Positions 25,251 to 38,674 of a stretch of 64,000 nt of DNA are shown here, piece by piece. Below the pieces are notes generated by a model that had not been told where the DNA came from, searched no databases, and worked only from the letters and a program-made list of their open reading frames with translations. This stretch comes from Saccostrea cucullata (taxonomy: Eukaryota). Position 1 is the stretch's first letter. Every line of letters begins with the position of its first letter. The DNA lies in the NCBI RefSeq assembly GCF_032062105.1, contig NW_026922705.1, positions 62,001-126,000 on the forward strand, in the 5' to 3' direction. Both the position numbers and the translations under genes were made by a program.

Positions 25251-26572
25251 CATCTTCGCTAGCCAAGGGTTTCTGACATGCTACTCTCCTCATGAACCCT
25301 TGGCATACGGTGTTGATAGAAATTGGGATTTTTTTCTCGAGTTCTGATTGGGATCAGAGCTCCAGATAAGGTGCGTATTTGCAGAAATACGCATTAAATT
25401 TTACAAAATACACACTGAAAATTAAAATAGAGCGTACAATTACGCATTAGCAATCATTGATACACATTACACCACGAAAGTACTGCATACAAGTTGAAGA
25501 ATACAGGTATGACTTACTTAAGGATACAAATTGATGTTAACTCAGTGTTTGATTTTTAGCAAAACGAAGTACAGATTTAAAAGCCTTTTAGTGATCAGGA
25601 ATATTCTAGTAATGAAGACGATCTCCATTTCGGGAGGAATCGGAAATTTAGATTAAAATCTATTTCTATATAGAAAGACTATGCACCAGGCATAACTTTT
25701 TTTTTTATTATGGGTTCATAGCCAATTTTTCATCTCTCTCAACTTGCCACATTTTCGAAGATTCTTTTCTTTCAGTTTACTCTTGATACGATATCTTAAA
25801 TGAAGGAAAGTTTTCTGTGTCTCTGACTCTGTGGTACCTTGACCTACTGTATAATCTTCCTTGTCAAAAAAGAATGCTGCCCAATCCTAGCATCAAGTCT
25901 TGTTGGTATTTACAAAATTTATATAAATAAATGCAGAAACTGACCTTTGAAGTTTTTTCCCTCTTTAAAAACACATACTTCGATTACAAGCTTAAAATCA
26001 AGGTCAAAACATAGATATATAAACAAAATACTCTTGAATCATTTTGCTGAAAATCAAAATCTGCATTGATTAAAAAATCAGGGAGTAAATACACTTTGGG
26101 GTAAAAAATTATCTGGAGCTCTGCGGGATTCGCTACACCCGGTCAACCAATCAGCAATTGCTTTTGGTAAATGACGATATTTGCGTTCGGGATACTTCTT
26201 TACTCTTTAACCTCGGAAACGAAAAACGCAAATAAACAACGATCCGTAAGATACCATGCAATTCTATGAATAGCTATGGTGTCATCAAGTATCTTCTAAA
26301 TCTGTGTTTAAGAATCTATATTGAAGCTTCAGATTTTGTACTATAAATAATAAATAAACATAGCTCAATTATTCTTCTTAATTATTCTTGAAAAAAACAT
26401 TGATTTAATTTTTTTTTAAACACGTGTCTTTATTTCTGTCGATGATGCAATCTGTGCGTACCTGATAGATTCGAGATCACCTGACGGAAAACAATCCCGT
26501 CTTTTGACTTCATCGTATGCCAAGTGTTCATGAGGAGAGTAGCGTATCAGAAACTCTTGGCTAGCGAAGATG
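25251..26572. mobile_element. Non-autonomous DNA transposon with ~58-bp TIRs and a 9-bp TSD (Mutator/Merlin-type TSD length)
   Basis: GCCTTAACT|catcttcgctagccaagggtttctga...ttggcatacg ... cgtatgccaa...tcagaaactcttggctagcgaagatg|GCCTTAACT. Confidence 0.85.
25355..26123. mobile_element. TIR element nested in 25251-26572
   Basis: Perfect 15-bp TIR cagagctccagataa / ttatctggagctctg, with a possible 6-bp TSD (t/c)gggat. Confidence 0.75.
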
Positions 26573-29500
26573 GCCTTAACTGTAAAATTTAGCATTCCCA
26601 TTTCACTTTAGTAAGTTTTCAGGTGAATTAAGGTGATGAAGATTTAATATATCTAGCATAACGTATTTTTGGTATAACACTTATTATTTCATTCACAGTA
26701 TTTATAAATTCCCATGAAATGTTAAATTCAATCTAAAAAAAATTATCATTTAAATTTTTATATCAACCTAGTAATAATATTTACAAATACTAAAATTCGT
26801 ATTTCACCTTAGTACTTTTTTACTTTTTCTTACCTGTATTTTACAAAATGGGAACACACCATCTTCAGCTGTAACGTTTGTTATTTTTTTTTTAAATAAT
26901 TGTTGTAATTTATAGATTTTTTTTGACACACGAGAAGCTGTATGAATGGGTTAGTGGATCAAGCACGCAATATTAAAGCCGACCAACATGTATTTTTTTT
27001 TATGTTCGATAAATTCTTTATCTTAGAATATAGAGCGTTTTGATCATTGACTTAAGTAAAATATATTCAGATATATATATCTTCCAACTTCCATTTATCT
27101 TGAACAAATTTAGGCATATTACCACGGAATTACATATTTTGTGCAGATTTGTACCGCACTAATTTTGCATTAAACTGCCCATACATATACATGTCCGCAT
27201 GTTCAATGCAACTTTTGCAGGAAAAAAATTATTGACATTGTTAAAGTTTGTTACATGTATATATCTAATAAATTACGTGTAATTGGTAGCAAATTTTCAT
27301 AATTTGAAACGCATATACATATTCATTTAATTGCGATTCAACAGAAGGAAACAAGATTATTACATGTATTATCCAAGGTAGAGTTTAAATCATGAAATGT
27401 TGGTGGTAAAGTCTTTGACGGGGAAATAATTATTACAGGTTAAATAATCCTTAATACTATAGGTTAAAATAAAATCATTAAAATCATTAAAAAGAAAATA
27501 TTTAACCTCTAAAACGTTTTATGTGTACTTTTCATACTGGATTGATGTTTTAAGTTAAGAGGGCTGAATGAGCACTGGAGACGTTACTACATGTACATGC
27601 AATGTTCAGCCTGATTCAGCGATTTAATAGATGACCGAAATTATGTTGTTTTCAGGAATCCAGAACTCCGGAATCTTCTTTAGTACATGTAGATAAACCA
27701 TGCACAAAATAATAATAGGTTGGAATGTTTTAAAAGTGTGCAAACAATTTGTATTAATTTGTAGCAATTTGTATTATTTATAACATTTTAGTGATGTATC
27801 ATGTTTGCAATGTTTTACATTCGGTGTATTGTGTATAACCTCATCAAACGATTATGAAAAGGTCGGTAAACATATGTTCAGTCTGTTTAATTCTCAATCA
27901 TAATATATCTTAGATAGTGGGACTGTAACTTACAATATGTGCGAGCATCCGTAATATTCAAGGCAAAATTTGCACGAAGTATCTAAAGAAATAGAGCAGA
28001 TACGTGACACAGGAGAGGGGGGGGGGCGAATTTTTTCTACATTTTTTGTACAACATGAGGTGTTTAACAAATAAAATAAATTGAAAAGTTCAAAAGGTCT
28101 TTCTTCAAAATATTCATTTTAAAGCAACAGCTAAAACTAATTCCGGAAGTGTCCAAATTAAATACTCCGTGTCGTATCTATAGAGAATACTTTTTAAAAA
28201 AATTAAACTTAACTCTTTATCAATACATGTAACAGTTCACATTTTATTTATAAAATGGCAGCGTTAACTGTTCCAATTCAGTTTGTGTCAATTGGGTAGC
28301 TATTCAATTCATTCCATAAATAAAAATGAAGTAATTTAGGTCAAATTTTCACTGCATCGCTATTTTAAAAAAAATACCTTAGTTTATTGCTCCTGTTAAA
28401 TTTTTCTTGCATGTGCATCACGATGAAACAGCTGGACATTAAATTTAAAAAGAAAACTATCTTTAAAAACTTGTTTATGTGACCTTTAAAATGAACCGAT
28501 TAAAATCTTTTTTTAAAACTTCCAAATTATTCATTCCGGAATTTTCTCATCCTATCAACAACTTTTTTATTTCAGAAATGCCTTCACCCATTTTCAACAC
28601 TGAAAATTTCCGACAAAAAAAGTTCAACCTAACTACAGATGCAATTTTTTAATCCGACTAGGGAGAGGGCAAACAAATTTCATTTTCAAAACGGCACTAC
28701 GGGAATTTTTCATCCACCACTGGAAACCCTTAAAAATATGCACTTATAGTGAAAAGGAAAGATCACATAGACACTTGACGGAGACTAAGTGCCTAATGAA
28801 TAAACTACATCAAATTACACCCAAGAATCTGTCTTTAAGTAGCATATAAATAAAACAACATCCCATTGTTCTACTGGGGAGAATTCTCTCAAGGAGACGT
28901 TTTTACGTCGCATTTACCTTGTTGACTTTAGACACGTCTTTTGATGTTACGTCAAAATAGAGATAAGGGAGGTTTTTGCTAGGCGCGTCACAATTATACC
29001 ATTTGTTTCTTTTTTCAAAAATTTCTTATATTGTTCCTTGTTTCAAAAGTTCTTAATGATTGTGTTGAATAAATAAATCGGAATTATGTATTTCTTCTAA
29101 GTTTATTGTAAGGTTTACGTTCATGTATGAACTTAAATAAGTTAAATTCCCGGAGGGGGGGTGCTCGTTAATATTTTAACTCTTTGATCCTCAAGCAATG
29201 TTTGTTCGAAATATAAAGTAACATAACTAAAACGGTGTAACACGTTTTCCTCTTTTTTGAACATACTGTCTAGTTGAGTTATGAAATTGCATCTTTTCAA
29301 ATTATAAAAATGTATTGCATATATTTATATTTTACACCTTTTTACTACCAATGTGATTTTATTTCAAAATATCTATACCCTTTGTGTAAATTGCCATCAA
29401 GAAAAAGCCGCTGCAATAGAAGCTTTTGTCAAACTGCTGGGTGTGAGCTTGAATTTTAATTTCGTTGATATAATTGCTCATGTTCGTACGTATTTTGCCA

Positions 29501-29584
29501 AAGATAAATCAATAATCTTTTGACCTGACTTTTCTTGTTGCGGTGTTATTTTATATTTTGTATAAAATCTTCAAGGAAGAAGGA

Positions 29585-29742
29585 CTGCGGGTGTAACCGG
29601 TCGGCATGGGAATGTTCACTGGCATCTGATCCCGCCTCTGATATTTCAGGGGTCTGTGTTTGCTCTGCTCTTATTTTGTATTGTTTTATGGACTTTGAGA
29701 CTGAATACTGTTCCTTATCTCCATATCCTTCCTTACCTGATT
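29585..29742 (+). repeat. Decayed 3' terminal repeat of the Penelope-like family
   Basis: gcgggtgtaaccggtcgg...atcccgcctctgat...ggggtctgtgtttgctct, homologous to 63290-63500 and to the reverse complement of 33520-33700. Confidence 0.6.
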
Positions 29743-29938
29743 ATGAGATTATTATTAAAATGACAGGACGTTTTAAAAAAAAATATAAATAAATAAGATA
29801 TTACACATTACACGGTCAGTGAGGTTTTATCATCAGAAGAGTCTTCTTTACAATCTCTTACTATGATATAAGATATAACACAGTCAACCTCAGCACATCA
29901 TTTACGCGTCATGTAACTTATACAATAGGGTTTGATCA

Positions 29939-30117
29939 TCATGAGGGTCTGCTGTTATTCCATTCACCGTTAAGGAAGGCCTGGTCACAGGAGTTAAACC
30001 ACCAGCCTCCTCTAACGCTACTGACAGCAGCACAGCTATAACTAAACCCGTCTTTGTCACTGCCTGGGGTTGAGAATGACATCTCAGACAGATCTTGACG
30101 GCTTCTCATGCTGTCTC
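29939..30117 (-). pseudogene. Duplicated (alternative or degenerate) FReD terminal exon
   Basis: Same acceptor context as exon 5 (tataatattgtatttcag|ga). Encodes GDSMRSRQDLSEMSFSTPGSDKDGFSYSCAAVSSVRGGWWFNSCDQAFLNGEWNNSRPS*. An internal deletion puts the conserved TLMMIK out of frame. Confidence 0.8.
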
Positions 30118-30320
30118 CTGAAATACAATATTATAGCCTGGGGTAGAGAAGAACATGGATGGTCTTTCATGTGTTAAAAATAAAAAAAAAGAAGAATTAA
30201 ATTAATGCTTGACAGATATAACAGCACATTTCTCTATCTAAAAAACTCTAAAACCATATGAAATTTGTACGGAAATACAAAACGAAAAAAAACTGGTTAT
30301 TAAGATTTAATAGTGTTTAC

Positions 30321-33043
30321 CTAGTTATGTTTGACCATCATGGTGGTCCCCTTCACTGAGGTCCCACTCTGTACTGTTGAAAACCATGGGTAGGTCCAGG
30401 ACTCCGGGGACCATGGACCGTTAAGGAAGGCGTGGTGACAGTGGTTAAACCACCAACCTCCTCTGTAGAGAGCAGCACAGCTATGACTAACTATGTCGTT
30501 ATCTCTGTCCGGGGTGGAGAATGACATTCCAGACAGGTTATGGCTACCTGTCATGGCGTCTCCTGAAATACAATATTATAACAATATAAACACAACAATC
30601 ATTTCATCGTTATCCTAGACACATCATGACTAAACCTATGTCTAGCACTGTAGTCACCTGTAGTAAGAAATATACCAAAAATGATAGTGTCTTCTCTATC
30701 AAACCTGAACATTCCTTTTATAATTTTTGAAGTAAAAAATGCATACTTTTTTGATATAAATTTATATTGTACACCTTATTATTTCACTTTTATCAGTCTT
30801 ATTGCCAGCATTAGAAGTGATATCTATTACTTGATTACAGTAAAACTCGTTTAGTACGAACACGGATATAGCGAATTTACGGATATAGCGAAGTTTTTCT
30901 GGGTCCCCGGCGAAATTCTTAAATCTTTGTAAACTTTTACGGTTAAAACGAACTCTGATATAACGAATTTACGGATATAGCGAACTGATTTTGAGTTCCG
31001 TTGAGGTTAAATATAATGAAATTTACATCTTTTATAACGAACTTTCAAAAATTATATAAAAATTGATAAATTGAACTAACTTTATTTCCTTTTAGCATTT
31101 GTATATACCATTCAATTCATGATAAAACCTTAGGTATCGAAGATACGTTCTGTTATATTTGCTACACTAACATAGTTGGTAGTAATACTTGAAGGAAAAC
31201 ATGCATATTGCGAATTCGCTATAGTAGTTAAACGAATACGTTATACGGATATAACGAATTACGGATACAGCGAATTAAATTCACAGGTCCCCAGGACTTC
31301 GCTATAACCGAGTTTTACTGTAGTAGTTTATAACAAAGAGGGTAAAAAACAGCGGGGATTTTATTGTATTATTCACATTTTGATATTTGTATTTTCTTTA
31401 ATTTAATAATAATAGAATTACAAATTAAATAAAATGACTATGGCTTAAGCGTTAATGTATAAATTCAAGAATGGTAAATAGTTTTTGCCCTAAGGCAAAA
31501 GGCTGGTTAAAAAGTATAAATTAAATGAAATAAATAAAATCAGGGATATTCACAAGATAAATCTAATACATCTACATACAAAACTGTAAGAGTACAAATG
31601 CTGGCTCTTCCTGGAGAGAAATTGTAGTTGTTGGCCTAATCACAAATCTCCCTCACCTATCTACCCCTCTTCCTTTCTCCTTTGAACCTTACTAACCTAA
31701 TGTCCCGGTAACTGGTCCCCTGAGAAAGAGTCTGTAATTATCTGATTCATCAGAGACGTAAAAATGATGATAAAGTTCGTATAACGTGGTGCCGTTTGTT
31801 AATGTAATGGAGACGTAGAGGGAGGAGTTCCTTCCCTTTGTCAGCTGATGAATCACGTCATTTCCTGCAATATTTTAATGTTGCATTGCACTAGGCAAAC
31901 ATAAAAATGAAAAAGAAAATATTTTTGGTTGTCCTAATAAAATGGAACCTATGCATTTAAATATTTTGCAGAAATGTTACGTCAGCAATCCAATTATATT
32001 TTGTATAAAATGTATTTACATTAAGCGATCTTTATACTCATTCATATAATAAGAAAGGTTATTTTAACTAAGACAGCAACACATAAATCAAAGAGTCCAT
32101 TCATTAAAGAACCGATTATTTGAAATAAAGATATATTCACCTATCCAGTAAGAGTCTGTTACGTTCCCAAATCCTCTTTTATATTCCGCCCACCCTCTGT
32201 TAAAACCAACAGAACCGCTTATCCGTTTTTGAATTGCCTTCAATATATAATGAAATAATCAAAATAATGGAATAATAATCATATTTGTATTATTTATGTT
32301 CATTTCTTATTCTTATTATTTTTTTAACGTTTAAAATGTTCGAAACGATAAAAACACGTTGGTATTTGTAGTTGTAGTAAAATAAAACACCATTGTCATG
32401 CTAATTCCAAGTTCTTTTTCAGCAAGAAGAAAAAACGATGAATCTGAAGGTTATAAACTCAAACTACTATATATTTTAAAGTAAAAATTAATCTCTTCAA
32501 GAGAGAGAGAAAGAGAGAGAGAGAGATCACCGTCCACCCTCCTCCTTGTGTCTCCATATCACAGAAAACTGAGACTAGATTCTTGTTACCGAGGGGATCT
32601 ATGAGATAAACACCAGACTCTTTGTGACCGTCTACATGGTAATTCCGACAATCCGTATAAAGATTTAAATCTGAATGTAAAGGAAGTACATTATAATTAT
32701 GTATTTATTATATCAATTAATACTCAAACTGCAGAGAGAGTGACAGAGAAAGAGAGAGAGGTGTAAAAGTAATTTTCAGAGAAAGAGAGGGAAAGTGAGA
32801 TGCATATTTACCATTCTTGACCATTCGAACATCTTCGTGGATATCGGTTACATCATCTTCAAGTCTTTTCACCATCCGCCTGAGGGAATCTACAGATTCT
32901 TGGATCCTCCCTTGTTGGATCAGAAGATCCCGAATTTGTAACATAATGTCTCCATTACTCGCACAGCGATTGTTTTCTTTGGGGTAAATGTACTGGGCAC
33001 TTGTACATACAATGCCGGACATAAGGAGCGCTACCAACACCAT
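30321..33043 (-). CDS. Secreted fibrinogen C-terminal domain-containing protein (FReD/ficolin/ryncolin-like), 292 aa
   Basis: Five exons with GT-AG introns and consistent phases: 33043-32812 (signal peptide + coiled coil), 32670-32531 ([19 protein letters not shown]), 32237-32141 (IQKR..F.RGW.EYKRGFG..YWIG), 31864-31697 ([15 protein letters not shown]), 30562-30321 ([24 protein letters not shown]). Total 879 nt, open. Confidence 0.93.
30837..31320. mobile_element. pogo/Tigger-like MITE in FReD intron 4
   Basis: TA|cagtaaaactcg ... cgagttttactg|TA, with repeated internal cggatata(g/a)cgaa motifs. Confidence 0.85.
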
Positions 33044-33119
33044 TGCTATGGTTTAACTGTCTTGTTGTTGTCTTAACGAAAGTGCCTCTCGAATACAGTG
33101 CTTCTTGAAAATATTCACA

Positions 33120-33132
33120 GCTTATATATAGA
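33120..33132 (-). promoter_or_regulatory. Putative TATA box of the FReD gene
   Basis: TATATATAAG on the minus strand, ~80 bp upstream of the ATG. Confidence 0.5.
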
Positions 33133-33514
33133 TCTAAACACGGAAGATTAGAATTTAACCAATTACATAGGTCTATGCTTTTAACTCTTCAAAGTCATTT
33201 AAATTGAGGCAAAACTTTAACATTCATGGAATATCGATTAATGTCAGATAAGTTTATCATGTATGGATCAGGGGTGTAATATCAGAGAGGAGGCGGGCCT
33301 TCACTCCTTTTAATCTAGGCATGTGTTTTTGCTAAAGATAATTGTAAGCTTTTCAAAAGTTCAACGTATACAAACATATACAGTACACAATAAATTTCGT
33401 AGTACCTTTTCTTTTTGTTACAACATTATACAGTTTAAACGATCACTAAAACGACAAGCGGCATTAAAAGAATTTTTAAAGAAAAAATCCTAGTTATTCA
33501 TAAAGCATGGATTA

Positions 33515-34260
33515 CTGTGAAAGATGGATATGTAAATAACGAACAGTATTCAATCTCAGAGTCCATACAACAGTTCAAAATAGAAGCAGAGCAAACACGG
33601 ACCTTCGAAACATCAGAGGTGGGATCAGGTGCTATGGAGGAGTTAGCATCCCCTGCTGACCGGTCACGCCCGCCGTGTGCTCCTTGTCATGATCAGGAAA
33701 TAACGAAGAAATCCGTTGTCAATTCAGTGTATAAATTATGGACTGATATTTGGTATGGAAAACGTCAGTAAGCATTTGACTCAATGATAAATTGTATTTG
33801 CTGACAAGGTCATTGTATCGACCATAGCACTTACGAAATGATGACTTTAAACGAGACGGTTGATATTCTTGTTTCATCAACTTGCTTGTCAATAATTTAC
33901 CTCGTTTCAGAAATTGGTCATACGTAGATCAAGCTCTGGCGTATCGAATCAACAGAAATAAATATACTCCATATGCAGTTTATATAGGTATATTGCTTCA
34001 TAAGTAAGGGAAGTTGACGATAGAAAAGTTAAAGTCATCACGTTAAATCATATAGCTTGATTGTTGGATTACAATTAACGTCTTTTCAGGTACAACATCC
34101 AAGAATGAAACAAATGCGTCAGACTCTGTAGTATCTTTCATCTCAAGCTCATCAAGATATATTGTATCGACGTAGGAATGGAAATTACCATTGTTAATTG
34201 ACAATACGTTGTCGATAGGTCAAAATGTTGAGTTGAAGGCCACAGCAAGTGTTTTCTAGA
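33515..34260 (-). mobile_element. 3' portion of a Penelope-like retroelement (RT C-terminus plus terminal repeat)
   Basis: Minus strand ...IDNVLSINNGNFHSYVDTIYLDELE.KDTTESDAFVSFLD..., then FSIVNFPYL and the conserved terminal gggcgtgaccggtcagcaggggatgctaactcctcc. Confidence 0.75.
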
Positions 34261-36350
34261 TAACAGACCTGTACTAAAGCCAGTGAAGAGTAATTTTTTT
34301 CTGCGAATGGAAATAAATCTATGCTTTTGGGAACAGCTAAAATGTTGCTGACATTTCAAGATATTAGTATAGAATTTACAGTTTTTGTTTGAAGTGTTAC
34401 ACATGATTTGTTGGGAGAAGACTTCTCTCTGAGATTAAAATGTAATTGGAGTTATCAATGAGAAGCATTGGAAATGCTTTTTGATTCTGAAAATAAAGGA
34501 GAATGGTATCCATCTAGGAAAATGTATAATTTGGATTCAATTACAATTCCTGGAAGACATGAAGCAGTAGTAAGATCAAGCATTACTGATATTAATGGAG
34601 AAGGTGGAATTCCAATGCTTTTAACAACCTTTGTGAACTCGTATGGAATAGGGGTAGGAAGAAAATTGGTTGATTCAAGTAATCCAGAGATTTATGTTCG
34701 ATAATACAATGCAAGAAGACATTCCAAAACATTTGAAGCCAGTTTATGAGAATGAAAGACAACATTTAAGTTTTGAAGAATCTGAGAAATTTAAAAAGTT
34801 TCTCATTGAACGAATAGATATGTTTGCTGATCCTAATGGGGTGTTACAGAGAGCAACCATTGGAGAGCATAGGACTAATCTGAGTGATGAAACACCATTT
34901 AAGGAGGAGCCGAGACGAGTACCAATATTTAAACGAGAAAGTCTTGAACAAGGGATACAGATATTATTTGAAGAAGAAAATTATCGAGAAATAAAGCAGT
35001 CCATGGTCGTCACAACTTGTTTTGGTTCAGAAGAAGGACAAGAGTCCTGAATCGGAATGGTTTACATCATTAGATTTGAACATGGCGTACCCCCACGTAC
35101 CGATATTGAAAAAGGATAAAGAGAAAACTGTCTTTGCTACACTACGGGGAGGTTTATTTCAGTATACTGTCATGCCATTTAGACTTTGTAATGCACCTGC
35201 AACTTTTAAAAGAATCATTGAAAGAGCATTGAGTGGATTGCAGTGTAATATAGATGTGTTATATTTTGATGATATAATTGTATATGGGAAGAATTTTGAT
35301 GAACATTTGGGAAATTTACAGAGAGTATTTGATAAACTGGAGGAGACAAATTTGAAGTTGAAAACAAAGAAATCTTCATTTTTCAAAAAGGAAGTGTCTT
35401 TCCTTGGATATGTTGTATCTGGAGTAGGAATCAAAACAGATCCTGCTAAAATTGATGCTGTTAAAAGAATATCAGTACCAAAGAATTTTACAGAAGTAAG
35501 AAGTTTCCTTGGATTGGTTTCGTATTATCGCAAGTATATTCAGGATTTTGCCAGGATTGCTAAATGTTTACATTTTCTCACAAGTAAAAATAGTAAATGG
35601 AATTGGACGACTGAATGTGACGAAGCCTTATGTGAGCTGAGGCAAAAGCTACAAGAAACACCTATATTAGGATACCTAGACGTAAATGGTGGATCTTTTA
35701 TACTGGACACAGATGCAAGTAACGAAGCTATATGATTTGTTCTATCTCAAATTCAGGATGGAAAGGAAAGATATATTGCTTATGGAAGTCGAACTCCTAG
35801 TTCAGCAGAAAAGAAGTATTGTGTGACAAGGAAAAAAATGCTTCCTGTAATTTATTTTGTAAAATATTACAAACACTATTTGTTGGGTCAAGAATTTGTA
35901 CTAAGAACCGATCATGATTCGTTAACGTGGCTTCATAAATTTAAGGAACCAGATAGACTAATATGTAATCTTTTGTATTTACAATTGTACATTGTCAAGG
36001 GAAAAAACATTCAAATGTTGATGCCTTATCCATATTATCGATAGAAAATAATAGTTGTCAAACTATGTGTAAGCGGTGTAAGCAAACAGATCATGTTGAA
36101 TATAATGGTGATTTAGTTACACGTGAATAATAATTTGCGCGGAAATACCAGTGAAAATATTTCAAAAGAAATCATATGTGAAATTTGTCATTTATTCAAT
36201 GTGACTAGTGATGAAAATAATGACGATGTGGATTCTAAAAGAAACTCAAAATGAAGAAATCGACCAAGACGTGCTAAACAACGGGAAATACCAAACTTGT
36301 AACTGTCGTATGAGGAAATTCGTGAAAAACAGGATCAAGAGTATGTTTAA
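34260..36350 (+). mobile_element. Decayed Ty3/Gypsy LTR retrotransposon pol fragment (protease-RT-RNase H)
   Basis: DLLGEDF (protease end), FTSLDL, VMPFRLCNAPATF, LYFDDIIV (RT), FILDTDAS and RTDHDSL (RNase H), with multiple stops and frameshifts. Confidence 0.9.
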
Positions 36351-37245
36351 AGACGTACAACACACTTGGGGAGATAACTCTTGCGATTTCAATTGAACGT
36401 TTGACACGACGTAAAATTTAACGTCAAAAATAAAGCGTCAAACTGACGAGTAAAACGATCCCGATGTATATCAATCATAAAAGAAAAATTGGATATGGGG
36501 CTTGGCTGTGATCATGCGTACTCAACCAATAAGTATTTTTTTTATTAACCCGATTAAACTCCGTAAAAACAAGACATAAAATACCATCCCTTAATGTTTA
36601 TTTCATTTCATTTCATATACAATGAATTGTATTTTTTTTATTCTGAAAATTTTATTTTACATTGCCGAAATTCTCATTATGTACAATTGGCTGTAGGGCA
36701 TATAACATTCCGATTAATGGTCTTCATTACAATTTGTGCATTTACGATATAAATATTGTTTTTCTTCTTTACTTAAATAAAACAACAATAAACAAACAAA
36801 AAATATTTTTCAATGTGAAATTGATGTTGTTTTCAGACCCTTACTGATCAAAGAGGAACAACTCTGAAAATATAGAATATGTTTATTTTCCTCCCTTTAT
36901 TCACGGTTTTCCGTAGAATGAGATACATTTACAGCAAGACCTGATAAATCCGAGAATTGAATTATATAGACCTCATATACACAATGCAAGTATAGAATTG
37001 AAAAGAATTATTCACTAGTACTGAAATTATCTGCATTTATGTATATCCTATTGCAGCAAATCGTTTGACTTTCTGTCACTGTCAACAATATCGGTTCGCA
37101 TTTCCTCGAATCAAAACAAAACGTAGCCTATAAGATTTTTTAAAAGATCAATGTGCGATTTGATATAAATTGAAATAGATGAAGAGTTTAATGTTTGATA
37201 TTTTCAAGTTAATGTGGACGAATACGGAATTTCATTTTAACTTAA

Positions 37246-38180
37246 CGACGTTCGATCCTGATATCTAAAGTCTTAAACTTTTTTTGCCAAGTATATTTTT
37301 AGCTTCTACATACATAGCTTAATTGAAATTCAAATCAAAAAATGGGGGTCAATATGCTTCTTTTAGCGCTACAGTACATTTAATTTGACCTTTCTGCACT
37401 GAAATTTGTGTCTTAATTAAAAATTACATCTTCGACGTTTTCCCTTTAATATTTTTATCCAATTAAAGCATGAAACAAAATGAACTCTAAGTCTGTTTAA
37501 AAAAAGACACTTAAAAATTGTGACTAAGAAAAAGTTTCAAATTGCTTCGCATAATCAATTATTTGACCTTTCTGCACTAATAAAATGTTATTTTTCCGGC
37601 ATTGAAAATATAATAAGCAATAAAATTATTTTAAAGTCTTAAACTTTTTCTGATTTTAAGCAAATAGGTCAAAGTTATCTTGAATATTTAGAAAAGAACA
37701 TCAAAAGTGGGGGTATATGATGTTCATTTTCAGATATTACAAAAAAGTGTGAATTTTACGTTAAAGTTGGCTCAATTTTTTCCAGGATTTTCAGAATATA
37801 TTTACTATATTTGTCACACTTTGTTGATAGAATTCATAAGAAATAATTTAATAGATATTTCAGAACCAGCATAGCATATTTCACTGCAAAAAACAGCTTT
37901 GTGTACAACCAGCATGGAAAAATAGGCATCCAAAATTAACAGTACTGTTATAGTTCAAATGGAAAAAACTGATCATTTTCGTCTAAAAAAACCTTCCGCC
38001 ACAAAATATAGTCCCTAGCTTAATTCTACTTGAATGGAATTTAATCGCGGTTTTTTCATTGAATATAGTTTAATTTGCACTGTAGAATTCAGTTTTATTG
38101 TTAGAACCTAAAAATGATGCTTAATTTTATGAATAAAGGACCTGCGCGAAATACGCTCAAAATATCAGGATCGAACGTCC
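37246..38180. mobile_element. Non-autonomous TIR element with TTAA TSD (Kolobok-like MITE)
   Basis: TTAA|cgacgttcgatcctgatat ... atatcaggatcgaacgtcc|TTAA. Confidence 0.8.
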
Positions 38181-38674
38181 TTAAGAAGCAACGACATTGA
38201 AAGAATGCGTACAATATTATGAGGGATGTACATCTATGCAAATGTCGATGTATCCCCACGGCCACATACTATCTCGTTTGAAATAATGACATAAGAAATT
38301 ACAATTATTCCATTTATATTATAGGAGAGTTGAACATAAACCATTTTTTTTATAAATAAAATTAAAGAAATAAAATTAAAAATCAACATATTCAAGTTCA
38401 ACATAACTTGAATTCGTATCCAGGTTTCATGTGATATGGAATGCATAGCGCATACATATATGGACTAAACACTAAAATCCTTCGGTAATTTTTTCCTGAT
38501 ACATATAAAAACAGTAGTCAATATTTATTCTGCATTAATGAATTTAAAAACAAATGCATACCTCCGGAATTCAAATGACGAAATACTAATATATTAGCAC
38601 TGTAAACGACTTTTCGTCGAACGCTAATGGTCTGCGACTCAAAAATGGAAGGGGTGGGGGTGATAGGGGTATTC

